From an uncultured bacterium (GTDB taxonomy: Bacteria > Verrucomicrobiota > Verrucomicrobiia > Verrucomicrobiales > DEV007): 64,000 nucleotides of DNA. Numbering within the stretch: position 1 is the stretch's first letter; every line of letters starts with the position of its first letter. The stretch spans positions 32,001-96,000 of the forward strand of contig CAXBMO010000013.1 in assembly GCA_963977015.1 (NCBI GenBank), given 5' to 3'. Positions 29,972 to 40,537 of the stretch are shown piece after piece. A model generated the notes under the pieces. It saw only the letters and a program-made list of their open reading frames with translations, did not search any database and was not told where the DNA came from. The position numbers were made by a program, and so were the translations under genes.

Positions 29972-30409
29972 TTACTTTGTCAGCAAAGCACTGCTGTTGG
30001 TCTCAATCGTGCTCTTGATGGCAGCAGCCAAGCCCTTTGCGTTATTTCCAGTGGCTCCCACGACGGTGGCGTTACTGGTGCTGATAATCTGAGCGACGTT
30101 CAATGGCCCGAGTGCCTTTCCGGCGACGAGGACGGTTGCTCCGGATGCTTGTCCGATTTGAACGGCAACCCCGGAGTCAACGGCGGCGCCTTTCATGAGA
30201 CTTTTTCCAGCCGCGGCGGAGTCAACGGTCGCAGAATCCACAATCGTCAAACCCAATGCCGCGAGCTCGGTGGTCAATGAAGCCCGGAATCCGGAGGCGC
30301 TGGGGCCCGAAAAATCGAGGACTCCGATTTTGACGTCCTGTGCTGAGGCGGTGGCCAGACAGGCGAAAAATAAGACGGCAAAGGATTTCGCAAAAAGTGG
30401 CAATTTCAT
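29972..30409 (-). CDS. Secreted CsgG/TolB-N-like alpha/beta domain protein
   Basis: Signal peptide (ASA-Q), KIGVLDF...AVQIGQASGATVLVAG pattern. Confidence 0.55.
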   Translation of the reverse strand: MKLPLFAKSFAVLFFACLATASAQDVKIGVLDFSGPSASGFRASLTTELAALGLTIVDSATVDSAAAGKSLMKGAAVDSGVAVQIGQASGATVLVAGKALGPLNVAQIISTSNATVVGATGNNAKGLAAAIKSTIETNSSALLTK

Positions 30410-30454
30410 TAGAGGGATGGGTGATGGGCAAATCGCCCGATTATTTAGGGTATC

Positions 30455-31033
30455 TTAAAGGTTTACGACCAATCTTTCCACTTTAAAGATGGCATTCTCT
30501 TGGTCGCCATTCAGATCTATTTGATCTACTTGATCGCCGTAAACGATGATTACTCGGCCTTCGATTGCTTCCAGAAGTTGGCAGTTAACCTGCTTGCCTC
30601 CGATGCTTGTGTCGAAGGCGGCTCCACTAAAAACATAGGCTTTGTTGCCATCGGGAGTTTGAACGGCATACATGACTTTCGAGACGCGCTTGACTCCGCC
30701 AGTTGCGGCGACGGTGGTTAAATTGCCGTCAGGAGTTTGAGTGATCGACGAGATGTTGCTGCCTCCGACGTATTTGGTGAGGGTATTGACCGTTTCCTGC
30801 TCCTGCTGAGTGACGAAGCCTGGTCCCTGAGATTGGGTTACGGCTGGAATCACCACCAGAATTACGGCGAGTCCGAAGATGATGACTCCCACGATCAGAA
30901 GGACACGTTTCCACGGGGATAGACCGAACTTGTGAATGGTGAGAGCGATACTGGCGACGCCGGAGAGCGCGGTGAAAATGTAGGCAAGAGCCTGTAACAC
31001 TTCGTCGCTGACGTAAGTTATGGCTGGAAACAT
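30455..31033 (-). CDS. Hypothetical membrane protein (two TMs, beta-rich exported domain)
   Basis: Clean ORF with two hydrophobic helices; start uncertain (31033 or 31078). Confidence 0.6.
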   Translation of the reverse strand: MFPAITYVSDEVLQALAYIFTALSGVASIALTIHKFGLSPWKRVLLIVGVIIFGLAVILVVIPAVTQSQGPGFVTQQEQETVNTLTKYVGGSNISSITQTPDGNLTTVAATGGVKRVSKVMYAVQTPDGNKAYVFSGAAFDTSIGGKQVNCQLLEAIEGRVIIVYGDQVDQIDLNGDQENAIFKVERLVVNL

Positions 31034-31129
31034 GGGTATGTGCTGAGTTGAGGAGTTGGTCGCATCATGCCCTGACAATTATTCAGGTCAAGTTGCGTTG
31101 TTTTCAATCGCAGACGCCAAGGCGGAAAC

Positions 31130-32806
31130 CTATTGCGTAGACTCTAGCTGAGCCAAAAGAGGATTCAGGGTTGGCGCCATCCCTGGAGCCAACATCATGG
31201 CCCGTTTGTAGAGGCGGATTGCTTCAGACTTTTCGCCAAGTAAATCCAGCGCTCGTGCGAGATTGGCGGTGGCCAGCGAATGACGAGGGTAGCGATCCAC
31301 AACCGCTTCCAAATGCTTCCGCGCAGTCCTGAGGTGGCTGATTGACTCCTTGACTGCCGCAGGTTCGTAGAGTGTCAGGTGGGCTGTGCCGACATTGTTC
31401 AGAATTCGAGCGTCTTCAGAATCCAATTCAAGCGCTTTGTTGTAGCATTCGATCGCATGGGCGGAGACTTTGTAGTTGAGATAGACGTTCCCAAGATTGA
31501 ACCAGTGGTTGGGATTGTTCGGGTCAAGTGCCGTCGCTTTTTTGAGGTGCTCTTCAGCGCTAAACTGAAAATCGTTGGTTAAATAGGCCGCTCCCAATGC
31601 GCCATGGGCGTTCGCTTGGAGAGCTTTGTCCTCCGTCTTTTCGGCTTCAACTACCGCTTTTTGGCCATGGGCGACCGCAGTTTCGTGATTGCCGAGATCC
31701 GCGTACAGGTAGGCCAGTTCAGCGTGGGCGCCGGAATCCGGATCGAATCGTTGTTCCGCTCTTTCGATGGCCAGGGCCAATTGATGCCGGTTGATGGAGT
31801 GAGCCAAACGGATGGCTTTCGCCTCGTGATCGACCACCAACTGCAAATAAAGTTCGCCCACTTCGTCCGTCAGATTGGGCCCCCACTTCACCGCTTTCGG
31901 CACCGTATTCTGGCCTGACGAATTGCTGTAGACATATTTCATCTCCAGTCGGGTACCCGCTGGTAACTCGATTGGTTCTTTAAACTTGTAGTCTTCCTGG
32001 GCATTGGCTTTCCATTCGCGGATTTCAAACGCCCGCTCACCTTGTGAGTCCGGTTTGAAGAGATCCAGACGCACCGACTGCGCCAATTGATTCGCAACAG
32101 GATAAATGCCATGAAGTTTGGTTGGCACTGGAATGACGAAACTATCGCGAACGCTGTATTCTTCCGCAGCTCCGCTGATTTCAATGGTTTCATTGGCCAT
32201 CCGGAGGGCCAGGACGTGATGAATGGGCTGACTTGCGAACCAGCAGGCAATCATCGGTCGGATCTCCTGTGGTGATCCGTTGGGCTTGAGGTGAAGTGTC
32301 ACGACAAAGTCCGCGTCCGGATGAACTCGCCATCCGGTTCCGAGGGGTGCTTCAGAAACGCTTGCTCGCGGCGTCCAAACCGTGAAAAGCGCTTCCGGAC
32401 GGCGCAGGCTGGGCAATTCAGGGCGAGATGGAAAACCGGTCGTTTTGTCTTTCGCGTCGAGTTCCCTGCTATCGTCCGTCAAATCGAGTCGTATCACGGC
32501 ATGTTGTACCACCGCGTCTGAGCCGGGGAGAAGTTCCAGAGATTGAAGATGTCTCGCCGTCTTCAACTGCGATGCCGGAACGACAAAACTGCGGATGATG
32601 GGTTGGCCATTGGCGGGCAACTCGAAGGAATTCTCAGGCTCAAGAATTAAGTCCGGGGGACGTTCCGGTGCAATGGGGTGCTCGGTTTTCAGAGGAAAAC
32701 GCCCCTCGGACGGGAGCCAAACGGCATCATCTTGAGCGATGCTCCGAGTCGGGAGCATCGTGGCGTTGCAAATGGTGATGAGGAGAAAAAGGGTTTTAAA
32801 ATCCAC
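31130..32806 (-). CDS. PHM/copper type II monooxygenase-like fold fused to TPR repeats
   Basis: LELLPGSDAVVQHA, VWTP, VTLHLKP, LPAGTRLEMKYVYSN, WGPNLTDEV; C-terminal TPRs. Confidence 0.7.
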   Translation of the reverse strand: MDFKTLFLLITICNATMLPTRSIAQDDAVWLPSEGRFPLKTEHPIAPERPPDLILEPENSFELPANGQPIIRSFVVPASQLKTARHLQSLELLPGSDAVVQHAVIRLDLTDDSRELDAKDKTTGFPSRPELPSLRRPEALFTVWTPRASVSEAPLGTGWRVHPDADFVVTLHLKPNGSPQEIRPMIACWFASQPIHHVLALRMANETIEISGAAEEYSVRDSFVIPVPTKLHGIYPVANQLAQSVRLDLFKPDSQGERAFEIREWKANAQEDYKFKEPIELPAGTRLEMKYVYSNSSGQNTVPKAVKWGPNLTDEVGELYLQLVVDHEAKAIRLAHSINRHQLALAIERAEQRFDPDSGAHAELAYLYADLGNHETAVAHGQKAVVEAEKTEDKALQANAHGALGAAYLTNDFQFSAEEHLKKATALDPNNPNHWFNLGNVYLNYKVSAHAIECYNKALELDSEDARILNNVGTAHLTLYEPAAVKESISHLRTARKHLEAVVDRYPRHSLATANLARALDLLGEKSEAIRLYKRAMMLAPGMAPTLNPLLAQLESTQ

Positions 32807-32932
32807 GCATTAAACTGACAGGAGCTTCGCCAGCGGCAACTGAAAGTTGAATTTCGGTAGACGAAAAGGGAAGGAACATCGCTAGAGTAAGCTTCTTCAA
32901 CTGATTGCGACCCATGTGAGTCAAGAGAAGAG

Positions 32933-33631
32933 ATGAACCAGATCTCCGTTATCATTCCAGCTTATGAAGAAGGCCACGGTATTGAACTGGCGTTGGATAG
33001 TGTCCGGCGCACGTTGCCAAGCGCTGAGATCATTGTGAGCGATGGATCTCAGGATTCGATGACGCGGGAGGCTTGTGAGAAAAAGGGAGTGCAATATCTG
33101 GTGCCTTCCCGTCACCATCGATCTTCCGCGATGAACGCGGGCGCAAAACATGCGAAGGGGAATTTGTTGCTGTTTCTTCACGCGGATACCCTTCTGCCAA
33201 AATCTGTCTCGAAATTGGAAACGCTGGATCTGGAGAAATTTGGATACGGTGGGTTTTACAAATCGTTCTCCCCAAATGGCTTGATGCTTCAGTTGCATGC
33301 ATTTGTGGTGAATTGCTGGAAGCTTGAGCTTCAAAAGGAATTCCTTGGGGATAACACCATTTTTGTCAGGAAAGATATCTTTGAGGCCGTGAACGGATTT
33401 GGCGATCTGGCTCTTTTTGAGGATCTCGACCTTTCCCGCCGACTCCGCACCCATTGTCAATCAAACGGACTTCGGCCCGCAATTTTTCGGACCCCAATTG
33501 TAACCTCTTCGCGACGATTCAAGAAGCTCGGGGTGATCAGCACCATCGTCTTCATGCAGCGATGCAGGGCGTGGTATGCGTCGGGAATTCCGACCGCAGA
33601 GATTGCGCGACGCTATGCCCAACTCCAGTAG
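32933..33631 (+). CDS. Glycosyltransferase family 2 (TIGR04283-like)
   Basis: ISVIIPAYEE, SDGS, MNAGA, FLHAD, GDNTIFVR, FEDLDL, TSSRRF. Confidence 0.85.
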   Translation: MNQISVIIPAYEEGHGIELALDSVRRTLPSAEIIVSDGSQDSMTREACEKKGVQYLVPSRHHRSSAMNAGAKHAKGNLLLFLHADTLLPKSVSKLETLDLEKFGYGGFYKSFSPNGLMLQLHAFVVNCWKLELQKEFLGDNTIFVRKDIFEAVNGFGDLALFEDLDLSRRLRTHCQSNGLRPAIFRTPIVTSSRRFKKLGVISTIVFMQRCRAWYASGIPTAEIARRYAQLQ

Positions 33632-33686
33632 CCTTCTCAAGTTCAGGGAAGTTGACGAGGTCTGGGCAAGGGCTTAACTGGCTGGT

Positions 33687-35579
33687 ATGCGAAAACTCCT
33701 CCTGTGGCTTTGTATCCCCTTCTCCGTTTTTGCGGACGAACGTCCAAATGTGCTTTGGATCACAGCGGAGGACATGAGTGCGACGTTGGGATGCTATGGT
33801 GATGAGTTTGCCATCACCCCGAACATTGACCGGCTTGCTGGGGAGGGGGTGCGCTACACCAATGCCTTTGCGACGGCCCCGGTTTGCTCACCAGCTCGCA
33901 GCACGTTGATTACCGGGGTTTATGCGACGAGCCTGGGCACGCAGCGACTGCGGAGCATGTTTCCCATTCCGGATTATGTGCGGGGCTTCCCCAGTTTCTT
34001 GAAGGAGCAGGGCTACTACACCACGAACAATGTCAAAACGGATTACAACACTGCGCAGCACGGTCGATTGATTGACGAGAGTTGGAATGAAGTCAGTGAT
34101 ACGGCCCATTGGAGAGGGAAGGGGGGCGACCAACCCTTCTTTCACATCTTCAATGATATGACCAGCCACCAGTCGAGAACCATGGTCTGGCCGTATGAGC
34201 AGTTCGAATTCGAGGTCGCAAGCCAACTCTCGCCTGAGCAGATTCATGACCCGGGCGATGCTCCAATCCCTCCCTATTACCCCGATACGCCAACGATTCG
34301 GCGGACGGTGGCTCGGTTTTACGACTGTGTGACCGCCATGGATCAAAATGTTGGCGATCTGCTCGATCAGCTGGAAGAGGATGGATTGGCTGAAAACACG
34401 ATCGTCTTTTTCTTTAGCGATCATGGAAGTGGGATGCCTCGGCACAAACGAAACCTACAGGATACCGGGATGCATGTTCCTCTCATTATTCGATTTCCAG
34501 AAAAGTGGAAACATCTGGCTCCCGCTTCTCCGGGGGAGGCGATTGATCAGCTCGTGAGCTTTGTCGACTTTGCGCCTACCATGCTGAGTTTGCTGGGACT
34601 CGAAATTCCCGCTCACATGCAAGGGACGGCTTTTCTTGGCGAGGCGGCAGGAGAACCCCGGCGTTATGTGTTTGGCGCGCGCGACCGCGTCGATGAAGCG
34701 TTTGATCTTTCTCGAAGCGTTCGAGACAAAAAGTGGCTCTATATTCGCAATTTCATGCCACACTTGAGTTACAACCAGCCCTGTGCGTGGCCTGGGCAGG
34801 GAGAAATTCGTAAGGAAATTGCCCGATTGGCCAATGCCGGATCCCTTCGACCGGGGCCGGCGCGGAACTATGCCGGTCCGACCAAGCCAGTGGAAGAGCT
34901 CTACGACACTTCGGTAGATCCGCTCTGCCTCAATAATTTGAGTCTAGATCCGCAACATTCGGCCGAACTCGAACGGCTTCGAAGCGAGCAGCTTTACTGG
35001 AGCCTGGAGTCTGGTGACGTGGGGTTTTTACCAGAGTCGATTGCCTGGGAACTTGCCAAGGAGCGTCCGCTTCTGGAATTGGGCGATCCGGACCTTTTGA
35101 GCCAGGTGAGGGAGGCGGCAGAGATCGTTGGAGCTGGAATCGAACGAAAAGAAGACGCGCTCGACGCTCTGCAGAGCGAGTTGGCTGCCAGCCGGTATTG
35201 GGGAGTTGTTGCTCTCCGGGCTTTGGGGCAGCATGCACTGGACGCATCAGGCGCTCTTGGGGCGGCATTGAGCGATTCCTCTCCAGCTGTTCGGATTGAA
35301 GCTGCGGGTGCATTGGTGGAATTGGGGAATGCCAGGGCTGGTTTGACGATCCTTGGCGAGGAAGTGCTCTCAGAGGATTTGATTTCCGCTCTTCATGCCT
35401 GCCGCACGATTGAGTTACTGGGTGACAAGGCGGCATCCTTGAAGCCGCAGATTCAGATTGTGTCTGAAAAGTGCAAGGAGGGCATGGGACAAGCGACTGA
35501 CCCCCTAATTCCTGGCAAAACCGATGAATTCATGTTTTTGGGCTTTTCCGCAGACGCCTTTTTGGCCGCTCTCGAGTGA
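33687..35579 (+). CDS. Sulfatase (Cys-type formylglycine) with C-terminal HEAT-like repeats
   Basis: PNVLWITAED, CSPARSTLITG, SDHG, RDRVDE, EELYD; helical C-terminus. Confidence 0.92.
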   Translation: MRKLLLWLCIPFSVFADERPNVLWITAEDMSATLGCYGDEFAITPNIDRLAGEGVRYTNAFATAPVCSPARSTLITGVYATSLGTQRLRSMFPIPDYVRGFPSFLKEQGYYTTNNVKTDYNTAQHGRLIDESWNEVSDTAHWRGKGGDQPFFHIFNDMTSHQSRTMVWPYEQFEFEVASQLSPEQIHDPGDAPIPPYYPDTPTIRRTVARFYDCVTAMDQNVGDLLDQLEEDGLAENTIVFFFSDHGSGMPRHKRNLQDTGMHVPLIIRFPEKWKHLAPASPGEAIDQLVSFVDFAPTMLSLLGLEIPAHMQGTAFLGEAAGEPRRYVFGARDRVDEAFDLSRSVRDKKWLYIRNFMPHLSYNQPCAWPGQGEIRKEIARLANAGSLRPGPARNYAGPTKPVEELYDTSVDPLCLNNLSLDPQHSAELERLRSEQLYWSLESGDVGFLPESIAWELAKERPLLELGDPDLLSQVREAAEIVGAGIERKEDALDALQSELAASRYWGVVALRALGQHALDASGALGAALSDSSPAVRIEAAGALVELGNARAGLTILGEEVLSEDLISALHACRTIELLGDKAASLKPQIQIVSEKCKEGMGQATDPLIPGKTDEFMFLGFSADAFLAALE

Positions 35580-35660
35580 CCATGTCGCGGGAAAGCTTTC
35601 TTTACGTGGAGGCATAGAAGTGTCACACTTCGCCGGTTTGTGCCTTAACAAAGCGAAACA

Positions 35661-36164
35661 GTGAACATTTTAAGAACTTCCCTCCCCATCGTGTTTCTGC
35701 TTTTTGGCGTGATCTCAGCACTCGCGGCCGGAAGTGGAGAAGTGACTCTCATCGCGGGAAACGTGACCATGGTCCCGAAAGGGGGCGGTCCGGCCCAAAA
35801 GCTCAAAAAGGGATCCAAAGTCGAGGTTGGGGCGGAAGTCACGACGGACAAAAAGGCCCGCGTGGTCATCATGATGACGGATGCCAGCGCCATTCGAATT
35901 TCTGGGGGATCAAGGGTGGTGATTGCCACGATGACCGATTCCGGCGCATCCGGCCAAAGCTCGGTCAATGTCAATCTCAAGTCGGGAAGCGTGGGAGCAC
36001 TCATCGATAGCTCCAAGAATCGAAAAATTGATTTCAAAATCGAAACACCCCACGGGGTTGCGACTGCCAGGGGGACCTATTATGCGGTCGTGGTCGAAGG
36101 GGGCAAGACCTACACCAAGGTGCGAAACGGGCAAGTTAGCGTGACTGCCACACCCAATCAGTAA
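35661..36164 (+). CDS. Secreted stand-alone FecR-domain protein
   Basis: Signal peptide, GEVTLIAGNV, VTTDKKARV, IETPHGVATARGT, VRNGQVSV. Confidence 0.8.
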   Translation: MNILRTSLPIVFLLFGVISALAAGSGEVTLIAGNVTMVPKGGGPAQKLKKGSKVEVGAEVTTDKKARVVIMMTDASAIRISGGSRVVIATMTDSGASGQSSVNVNLKSGSVGALIDSSKNRKIDFKIETPHGVATARGTYYAVVVEGGKTYTKVRNGQVSVTATPNQ

Positions 36165-36169
36165 AAGCC

Positions 36170-39100
36170 GTGATTCCTTTGAAAATGCGACCCTTCTTTA
36201 TCAGTTTGGGCCTGATCCTGGGGACTTGTCTGCCGGGCGGCGTGAACGCAAATCCGCAGAACGCGAATATCGTTCACGGTGATGTGACGATCGAGAATTA
36301 TGGGAACACTCTTCAGATTCTGCAGGGATCCGACAAAGCGATCATCGAGTGGGGGGACTTTTCGATCGGGCTTGAAGAAGCGACTCAATTTCTTCAGCCT
36401 GGCAGCAGTTCATCCGTCTTAAACCGGGTAATGGGAGGGAATGCTTCGGCAATAGATGGCATCCTCGAAGCCAATGGCCGGGTGTTGCTGATTAATCCTA
36501 ACGGGATTCTCTTTGGACCTAACGCCACCGTTGATACCGGAGGATTTCTTGCATCAACGTTGGATTTAAGTGATGAGAACTTCCTCGGCGGCGGCGACCT
36601 TTTCTTTAGTGGCGCTTCTCCCGCAGCGATCGTTAACCTTGGCGCGATCAGCGCCAGCGACGGTGATGTCATTCTCATCGCCAATCAGGTAAGCAACCAA
36701 GGGAGCATCAATGCCCCGAACGGGATGGTTGGCCTAGGTGCCGGAACGGAAGTGCTGCTCGCCGAAAGCGGAAATGAACGCATGTTCGTCCGCGGCGGTA
36801 TCGGTGGAAGCGTTGGTGTCGATAACGCGGGTTCGATCGAAGCGCAGGTCTCGGAGTTGAAGGCTGGAGGTTCAATTTACGCGACTGCAATTCGGAATTC
36901 CGGACGAGTCCGTGCGACTTCCGTTCATCGGGAGGGCGGACGAATCATGTTGAAAGCGAACGGGGGCAATATCGTGAATCTGGGTGGGGTGACGGCGTCG
37001 AATGGCGATAACCAATCGGGAGTCGAAATCGATGCTGGTATCGGAGGAAACGTGGTGTTTGAGGCGAATGGGGAAGCCGTTGCCGACAGTGTATCGATCG
37101 CGACTGAAGGTGGCAGAATTGCGGTGAATGAGGGGGCAAGCGTAAAGGCGACCTCTGTCGACTTCCGGGCTCCATCCGGTTCAATCGATGTTTCCGGGGA
37201 GATTGTCGGGCATGACTCCGCGCTGGCACAAAGCCAGATCCTCTTGGATTCAAGCCCAGGCGGGTCGATTGACATTGGTCCAACGGGGTTCGTCCAGGCG
37301 AGTGGGGTCGCAATGACTGCGGATCTTGGACAGGTCGTGGTTCAGTCCGGTGGCCGCGTTCAAGGAGAAACCGTGAATTTGCAGGCGGAAGGTGGTAGAA
37401 TCACACACTTGGGAATCATCAAGAGTGAAGATGCTGCTGGAAATGGTGGGCAGGTATCAATGAGCGCCGGAGCGGGGGGAATTGTCGAAGTGGGAGGAGT
37501 TGTTGATACCAAGGGGCGTATTGGAAACGGGGGATCGATTACGGTGTCGGGAGAGGAGGTTGCGATCCGTGCTGGCGCCTTGCTTGAGGCCGACGGCGAG
37601 ACCGGAGGCGGTCAAATCTTGGTTGGGGGAGGCTATCAGGGCAGTGATCCAGCGATCTTCAATTCCCAGCGAACCGTGGTGGAGCCCGGAGCCGTGCTAA
37701 GCGCAAATGCAGTCTCATCGGGGAACGGAGGAACCATCGTTGTGTGGTCGGACGACGAAACCGTTTTTCGGGGAAGCATTTCGGCGACTGCGGTTGGCGA
37801 TGGAAAGGGGGGCCTGGCGGAGGTTTCCGGTAAACAGACGCTTACCTTTGATGGACTCGTGAATTTGAGCGCGGAAAAGGTGGGGAACTCCGGGATTTTG
37901 CTGCTCGATCCCACGAATTTCACGATCGACTCGTCCGGAGATGCCAACACCGCAAGCGCAGCGTCGATTGAATCGGTGTTAGGATCGGGGACGAGTGTGA
38001 CCATTTTGACCGACTCAGCGGGATCCGAAGATGGGGATGTGTGGGTCAATGAGGCAATTGATGTTCAAACCAGCTCTGGCATTTTCACGATATTGGCTCA
38101 CGACGACATTTTCGTCGAAAAAAGCATTCAGATTGGCGGCACTACCGGAGCTGTGAATCTGGTTGCTGGTTGGGATGGGTCCACGGGGTTTCAGACCGTC
38201 CCCTCGTCCGGCGTTGCCAATAATTCGGTGGCGGACATCGCGGAAATTGCGGACAGCCAGTCTGGATATGGGAACGGGGATTCCGGCGATCGTGGGAACA
38301 TTTTTATCGGCGATACCTCGGCAGCGTGGGTGGGGAGTCAAAGCGGGCCGACCGCGATTTTTGGATACAATGTCAATGTTGGGACGGAAAGCGGAATCGG
38401 GTATACAGGGGCTAACGGCACGGATATCAGCGGACAAATCTCGGTGGCTGCAAAAAACGACATCTCGGTAACGAATAGTGGCCCAGGCTCTTCCGGCATC
38501 GGCCACCGATCGAGTGCCAGCACCGCAGCGATCGACGGGGAAATTGATCTTCGGGCCGAGACTGGGGACATTACCGTGATGGCCGATTCCGGCTATGAGG
38601 TGCGAATTGGCCATGAGGGGATGGATTCTGTATCTGGTGGCATCCTTCTTGAAGCACGTCAGGGGGCCATTGTTCTTGATAGCGGCGACGGTAAAGTCGT
38701 GGTGGGTAGCCTGGGGAATTCCACGGTGGGAGAAATCGTGCTCGACGCAAAGTCGATTACCTTGGATGCCACGGGAGGGGGGACCGCCAAGGTGGGTGGG
38801 GAAGAAAGCGGAGGGGGAGGCGGTTCGGGTTCAATCGCGATTCGGGGATTTGAGGGGATTGCCTTGCTTGATTCGGAAGGTGAAGAAAGTAGCGGCGGGT
38901 GGGAAATCGGGCACGGAGGCTCGGGAGCCGGGATGTCGGATCTGATTTTTCTGGGGAAGGATCTCACGATCGACAGCGAACTTTCAAATCGGCTTATTGG
39001 TGCCAACTTAGGTGGAGGCGACGTCACCATTGGCGGATATGGCGACGTTAGCATCGCGACCGATGTCAATGTGAATGCAGACTACGATCTCCATTTCCTC

Positions 39101-40525
39101 GCAGCGGGAGACCTGTCCCTCAGTGCAGATATCACCAATTCATCGGTGAGCGGCGGTGATGTCTTTTTCATCGCCGGTTGGGATGGTGTCACGGGAGTGG
39201 AGAAAGTGGGGCCTCCGAGTTTTGATCCTACCGATCTTTCCGCGGATTTGACCAGTTTTGGTAATAACGAAGCCACCGTTACGACCGACGGTTTGGTGAG
39301 CTTGGGGACGGGAACCCTGGAAATTTTTGCCCAGTCTGTTTCGGTGGAGTCCACTCTCGCTGATGCTGCCATGAGCACGAAGATCCAACTCAGCGATCAT
39401 ATGCGAAGTGGAGATCCAAACGGGCTCAAGGGCGGGATGTTGGAACTGCAGGCCGGGATTGGTACCGCTCAAGTCAAAGGAGGAAGTCTCAGTGATTTGA
39501 TCCAGGGGCCCGATCTTGATGTTTTCTGGTCGATCAATCAGGATAACGGAGGATCCGTATCCTTTTCAGATTCCAGCTTCGGAGTCATTGGATTCGAAAG
39601 TATTGAAAATCTTTCGGGAGGAACTGCCAACGACAGTTTCACGTTTACCGATCAGGCGTCACTCGCGGGGCGAGTTGATGGAGGCGGGGGATCTGGAATT
39701 GATGCGTTGAAGATCGATGACTCCAATTTGGTCGCGGAGGGCTCCGTCACCTACAATATTACCAACGGATTGGTGAGCCGGAATCCCCAGTACACCTTTC
39801 GAAGCGTTGATTCGGTCGAAATCGAGGGCGGCGATAATGATTCGACTTTCAACACCCAGTTTTTTGACTTCACCCAGCAGATAACCGGAGGCGTTGGAAC
39901 CAACACCCTGAATGTGACCTTGGCTGCAGGAGTCGCTCAGCCGACCGATCCGGCATCGCCTCTGACTCAAAGCGGATCCGGGCAGATTGCGTTTTCGAAC
40001 ATGAATTCTGTGAACTTCGCCAATCGGTCGGCAACTGGCGATAGCGGCGCCCCTGCGGGCGGCGGAAATCAAAATGGTGGTGGTGGGGTATTGCCCAATG
40101 CCAATAATCCGAATCCAGTTGGTGGAAATGGGAGCCCGGATCCGAATGGCGAGAATCAAGAGGGAGTCGTCGGAAGAGGTGTGGAGGAGTTGGATGGGCA
40201 AATCGGGACGCAACTTGACAACACGACCGAAAATAGCAATCCAAACGGAAATCCTGAGGGTGAACAGACCATGCAGCAGGACGGGGACGAGGAGGACGCT
40301 CAGAACCCTGATCCCGCTCAGAATCAGACACCAGCAGGGAACACGGGAGGAACCACTCCTCCGGGAGAGGAAAAGCCCGTTACCAACGAATCGGGGGTTC
40401 AGGAAACAACCGGTGAAGGAACGTCAACGGTCGCTCCGCCAGACAATGTGGGCGGAGAGCTGGACAATCAATTGGGACCGCAGGGCCAGACCGATTTCCA
40501 GTCGACAGGGCTGAACGTCAACTAG
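36170..40525 (+). CDS. Filamentous haemagglutinin-family (TpsA-like) exoprotein
   Basis: Signal peptide, WGDFSIG, VLNRV, LINPNGILFG (TPS domain), GNGG beta-helix repeats, LLLDP, N/G/Q/P/E-rich tail. Confidence 0.88.
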   Translation: MIPLKMRPFFISLGLILGTCLPGGVNANPQNANIVHGDVTIENYGNTLQILQGSDKAIIEWGDFSIGLEEATQFLQPGSSSSVLNRVMGGNASAIDGILEANGRVLLINPNGILFGPNATVDTGGFLASTLDLSDENFLGGGDLFFSGASPAAIVNLGAISASDGDVILIANQVSNQGSINAPNGMVGLGAGTEVLLAESGNERMFVRGGIGGSVGVDNAGSIEAQVSELKAGGSIYATAIRNSGRVRATSVHREGGRIMLKANGGNIVNLGGVTASNGDNQSGVEIDAGIGGNVVFEANGEAVADSVSIATEGGRIAVNEGASVKATSVDFRAPSGSIDVSGEIVGHDSALAQSQILLDSSPGGSIDIGPTGFVQASGVAMTADLGQVVVQSGGRVQGETVNLQAEGGRITHLGIIKSEDAAGNGGQVSMSAGAGGIVEVGGVVDTKGRIGNGGSITVSGEEVAIRAGALLEADGETGGGQILVGGGYQGSDPAIFNSQRTVVEPGAVLSANAVSSGNGGTIVVWSDDETVFRGSISATAVGDGKGGLAEVSGKQTLTFDGLVNLSAEKVGNSGILLLDPTNFTIDSSGDANTASAASIESVLGSGTSVTILTDSAGSEDGDVWVNEAIDVQTSSGIFTILAHDDIFVEKSIQIGGTTGAVNLVAGWDGSTGFQTVPSSGVANNSVADIAEIADSQSGYGNGDSGDRGNIFIGDTSAAWVGSQSGPTAIFGYNVNVGTESGIGYTGANGTDISGQISVAAKNDISVTNSGPGSSGIGHRSSASTAAIDGEIDLRAETGDITVMADSGYEVRIGHEGMDSVSGGILLEARQGAIVLDSGDGKVVVGSLGNSTVGEIVLDAKSITLDATGGGTAKVGGEESGGGGGSGSIAIRGFEGIALLDSEGEESSGGWEIGHGGSGAGMSDLIFLGKDLTIDSELSNRLIGANLGGGDVTIGGYGDVSIATDVNVNADYDLHFLAAGDLSLSADITNSSVSGGDVFFIAGWDGVTGVEKVGPPSFDPTDLSADLTSFGNNEATVTTDGLVSLGTGTLEIFAQSVSVESTLADAAMSTKIQLSDHMRSGDPNGLKGGMLELQAGIGTAQVKGGSLSDLIQGPDLDVFWSINQDNGGSVSFSDSSFGVIGFESIENLSGGTANDSFTFTDQASLAGRVDGGGGSGIDALKIDDSNLVAEGSVTYNITNGLVSRNPQYTFRSVDSVEIEGGDNDSTFNTQFFDFTQQITGGVGTNTLNVTLAAGVAQPTDPASPLTQSGSGQIAFSNMNSVNFANRSATGDSGAPAGGGNQNGGGGVLPNANNPNPVGGNGSPDPNGENQEGVVGRGVEELDGQIGTQLDNTTENSNPNGNPEGEQTMQQDGDEEDAQNPDPAQNQTPAGNTGGTTPPGEEKPVTNESGVQETTGEGTSTVAPPDNVGGELDNQLGPQGQTDFQSTGLNVN

Positions 40526-40537
40526 GGCGAACGGGCC

